Below are positions 60,770 to 64,000 of a stretch of DNA of 64,000 nt, one piece after another. Source of the stretch: Emiliania huxleyi CCMP1516 (Eukaryota); NCBI RefSeq assembly GCF_000372725.1, contig NW_005202428.1, positions 248,001 through 312,000 on the forward strand, in the 5' to 3' direction. The notes beneath the pieces are model-generated. The model did not search any database, had not been told where the DNA came from, and saw nothing but the letters and a program-made list of their open reading frames with translations. Position 1 is the first letter of the stretch. Each line of letters opens with the position of its first letter. The position numbers and the translations under genes are program-made.

Positions 60770-61597
60770 TTGTGGAACACGTGGACACACCGCGCACGTC
60801 CCCCGCGCCGATCGACAGATCTTGTCATGACGATATCGAAACCCACGAGTCTGAAGGTCGAGACGCCGCAGTCGACGCGCCACACCGAAAAGCTCTTATG
60901 GTCTCCCTGTGGCGATGGTGCGTGCAAGGCGGGCACCCCTGGCAAGGGCGGTGCCACCCTGATGGCAATGGCCTTCTTCTACCGGCTGCGCAGGCGGAGC
61001 ATGCAGCGGCTGCAGGAGGGGGATAACCGCAGCCGCGCGTGGCGGGACATGCAATGGTCGGGGCGGCAGTACAAGGCCAATCGACACGGCGTGTGTGGCC
61101 TCTTCGTTGGCGAGTGGGGCGAGCGTAACCTCCATCTTCGGTCTGATGGCATCGTCTACGAGCACACGAGTGATGACCCGAAGCCCAAGGAGATTGCGTT
61201 CTCAGAGATCGCGTTTGTGAGGGCTGTCCGGGGGTTGCGATCACATCGGTGGCTGATCAAGGTGCAGCACGGCCCCGACTACCTTTTTTCCGCCGCCTCA
61301 CCCAAGGCGCGCAATGCCTGGGTTTGGTGCGTGCGCAACAACGTCGAGGCTGAGCGGCGCAGGGTCGCGCTCATAGCGGCACAGGAGTCGGTGGCGTGGA
61401 GGCGCGTGCACTCCTTTGGGTACGGCCCACAGCTCCTCGACTCCAGCCTCGCCGCACCCGTCAAGTGCCGCCCGATCACGGCCTTACCCAAGCTGGCAGA
61501 GGGCCTGGCTGAGGGGTGTCATAGGTGTGGAGCGTGTGAAGGGTGGGAGCGGCCTGCCTCTCGCTGTCGGGCGCAGTCGCATTCTTGTGGTGAGTGA
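60770..61597 (+). CDS. PH-domain protein; ends uncertain
   Basis: G..YK..W.ERNLHL..IVY..EI.F.EI..YLFSAASPKARNAWV.CV, ending in the Trp-containing helix typical of PH domains. Confidence 0.6.
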   Translation: MWNTWTHRARPPRRSTDLVMTISKPTSLKVETPQSTRHTEKLLWSPCGDGACKAGTPGKGGATLMAMAFFYRLRRRSMQRLQEGDNRSRAWRDMQWSGRQYKANRHGVCGLFVGEWGERNLHLRSDGIVYEHTSDDPKPKEIAFSEIAFVRAVRGLRSHRWLIKVQHGPDYLFSAASPKARNAWVWCVRNNVEAERRRVALIAAQESVAWRRVHSFGYGPQLLDSSLAAPVKCRPITALPKLAEGLAEGCHRCGACEGWERPASRCRAQSHSCGE

Positions 61598-63161
61598 GCT
61601 GCTAGGGCCGCCCGCTGCCCCCGCACGCGAATTGTACACTCGTTTTTGCCATGTCCCAGTGCGCCCACGCGACACGGAGAGAGAGGTGCTGGGCTGGTTC
61701 ACGTATCACGATGCGGGCGCTTTTTTACACGAAATTCAAGCTTGAGAGGGCACAGGTGACAAGGCTCACAACCCGGGGCTGCTCCGCGCCATGTGCATGG
61801 CGTTCGAGTGAACGCCGTGCAGGCAGCCCGTGCCTTTTGGTGTACCCCGTTTGTGCCGCGTCCTGTGCCCCCGAGTTCATTTTATAGCAAATGTCGTGCG
61901 AGGCGTGAACCGCGCCATTCGCTCTCACCTGGCAACCCTGTCTGCACGTCTCGCGCGCGCGTGAACAGGGCTCCAGGCCCCAAATGACGTGTGAGTGTTA
62001 GATTTGTTTGGTATTGCTAAAAATCCTCCTTTTATAGAGAAGACGTCTGCAACAAAACGCGAAAAAAAGGGTACTATTAACAACGAAGGCGCTCTCAAAA
62101 AAAAAGGCAAAAAACGCTCGCTATCAGAAGTCGTCCTTGAGCGCCTCACACAGACTCGGTCGCATTGCAACCACCGTGGCGCCTGCTCGAAAACCGGGCC
62201 TACCACCGCTCTCTCTGCCTACCACCGCTCGAAACCCACCCTCTCTCTGCCTACCACAGCTGTGATCACTCGTCAATACTGACCCGCTCGTCAAATACAC
62301 ACCGCGCTCTCGTCTCTCGCCATGTTCCGTCGGTCGAGCCAGCTCTCGCGCTTCGCCCGTCCGGCCTCACGGCAACTGCTGTCACAGCCAGTCCCACCGT
62401 CGCCGTGGCAGCACACTGGGCAGACCACTGACCGTCATACCTGGCTACTACCCAACTTCTTCCTCTGCCTCATGTGCGGCGTCCACGCGTACCGCCATTA
62501 CTCCCGTGGCAAGACGGTGCCGGCAGCGGCCGTTCACCACCTTCTGCGAGTTTGCGTGATGGAGCTCCATGAGCGGCACCATCACGGGCACTCGCGCTGG
62601 CACAACATCCAAGCGAGTCTGTTGCAGTGAGCATGAAGGTAGAAAGGCGGGTGAGCATGAGTGATGAGACCGGCCGTCTCGAGTGTGTCTGGACAGGAAC
62701 TGTGTCATTGCGTGCTCTCTCGTGTCACGGGATTCAAGCAAAAAAGATAACTGACTCGATGTCTTGTGTCTCCTTTTACCAGGGTGACGGGGTCCCGGGA
62801 ACCAACTTGAGCAACTAACTACGAGACCCAGCGCTGTGCGGTCACCGGGGTGGCGGTCAAGCTCGCGACGGGGTAAATCTGGTGCGTCTAGTATCACTGG
62901 TGGGCTGGGTGTGCAGCAGCAGCGCTCAAAAAGAGGCAAAAAGCTCGACAACTGTTTTGAGTGTCAGCTTTCTCGACGCACCGTCCTCGACCCCGCCGAA
63001 AAGCTGGCTGGTGGTCGCGCGCGGCGCGTCGGCGCGGCTCCTCAAACTGGTCGGGCACCTCGGCTGGGTCCATCAGCACGAGGCCAGCCCCGTCGGGCAG
63101 CCCCGCGAGCGCATGAAGCCCCTCCGAGAGGCGCTGACATATTCGAACGCAAGTCATCTAT

Positions 63162-64000
63162 CTAGACCGGACGCGGAACCATCCACATCATCACTGGCTC
63201 GCGGCAGTAAGGGCACTCTTGCATCAGCTCAGAGCATGGCCCGCAAGCACACAAGTGCCCGCACGGAACCGCAGCATGCGACTTGGCTCTCGCGAAACAC
63301 ACGATACACGTGGTCTCTCCCCCCATCGTGGACTCGGGGGCAGCCGGCCGCCCCGTGTCGAGGCCGGCGTCGGCTAGTGAGACGGCAGCAAACGGCTCGG
63401 TGACTGGCAGATGCTGCTCCGCCGCCTCTCCCGCCTCTGGCTCGATCAAGCGCTCGATGGCGCCGACCCGCTCCTCGAGGCTGCCCTCGGTCGCCGCGCC
63501 GAGGCTCGCCTCCAGCCGCTCGACACGCAGCGGCAAGTCCCCGCCTCCGCCGGTCGACTCGCTGCTCACCGCCTCCTCGCACCGCGACACCCGACGCGCC
63601 AGCGCCTCCTCCGCATCCACCTCTGACCGGCGCAGCGCCTCTGCCAGCTCTGCATTCTTGCGCAGCGCCGCCTGCTCTGCCGCATCCGCTCGCTCTGCTG
63701 CCTCGCGCTCCGCCCGCCTCGCCGCCTCCTGCTCAGCAGCCAGCCGCGCCGCCCTCTCCTCCTGTGCGCGAACCTCTGCCGCAGCCTTCGCCCTCCGCTC
63801 CTCCTCGAGCGCGAAAGCAGACGGCGCCTTCTTGGCCTTATTGTTCTTCGCCTTGGCCTCCTTCTTGGCCGCCGTTGCCTCCGCCGCCTTTGCGCGCCGC
63901 CTCGCCTTCTCCTCCTCAGCCCTCCTGTCCGCAGCCTCCTTCTCGCGCCGCGCCGCCTCTGCCTGAGCGGCTTTGCGCGCCGCCGCGGCCGCCCGCTGCT
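63162..64000 (-). CDS. Coiled-coil protein with C-terminal C3HC4 RING (E3 ligase-like), 5' end outside window
   Basis: CIVCF..AAVPCGHLCACGPC..ECPYCR with a charged Ala/Glu/Arg/Lys-rich region upstream. Confidence 0.85.
   Translation of the reverse strand, partial: QRAAAAARKAAQAEAARREKEAADRRAEEEKARRRAKAAEATAAKKEAKAKNNKAKKAPSAFALEEERRAKAAAEVRAQEERAARLAAEQEAARRAEREAAERADAAEQAALRKNAELAEALRRSEVDAEEALARRVSRCEEAVSSESTGGGGDLPLRVERLEASLGAATEGSLEERVGAIERLIEPEAGEAAEQHLPVTEPFAAVSLADAGLDTGRPAAPESTMGGETTCIVCFARAKSHAAVPCGHLCACGPCSELMQECPYCREPVMMWMVPRPV

Overview
GC-rich, intron-rich eukaryotic DNA with three assembly gaps. The GC/GA-AG introns and ~10-nt tandem repeats suggest a haptophyte such as Emiliania/Gephyrocapsa huxleyi (inference). 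About 20 protein genes are recognisable: two RCC1-repeat proteins, a cytochrome P450, two GT31-like and one GT4-like glycosyltransferases, an FHA/kinase-like/HECT-like gene, a VWD-like protein, a 2OG-Fe(II) oxygenase, an SMP-30 propeller, a bestrophin, a trypsin+FG-GAP protein, a methyltransferase, an AP2 protein, Tudor/CXXC fragments, a class I/II aminotransferase, an MSS51-like protein, an alpha/beta hydrolase, a PH protein and a RING protein. The main signal is how the introns are built. Most introns I could resolve consist of a copy of the first 4-34 nt of the next exon, which supplies a GT/GC/GA donor, followed by an insert ending in AG. The inserts fall into recurring families: a 39-nt cassette in five unrelated genes, a ~180-nt element, AT-rich fillers, 10-nt repeats, and a 5'-truncated non-LTR-like element with a (TTACC)n tail. 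That element also sits between genes with variable target-site duplications, and a paralogous empty site is present in the window. This looks like an intron-generating system that may be retrotransposition-based. All exon models were read by eye, without transcript data.
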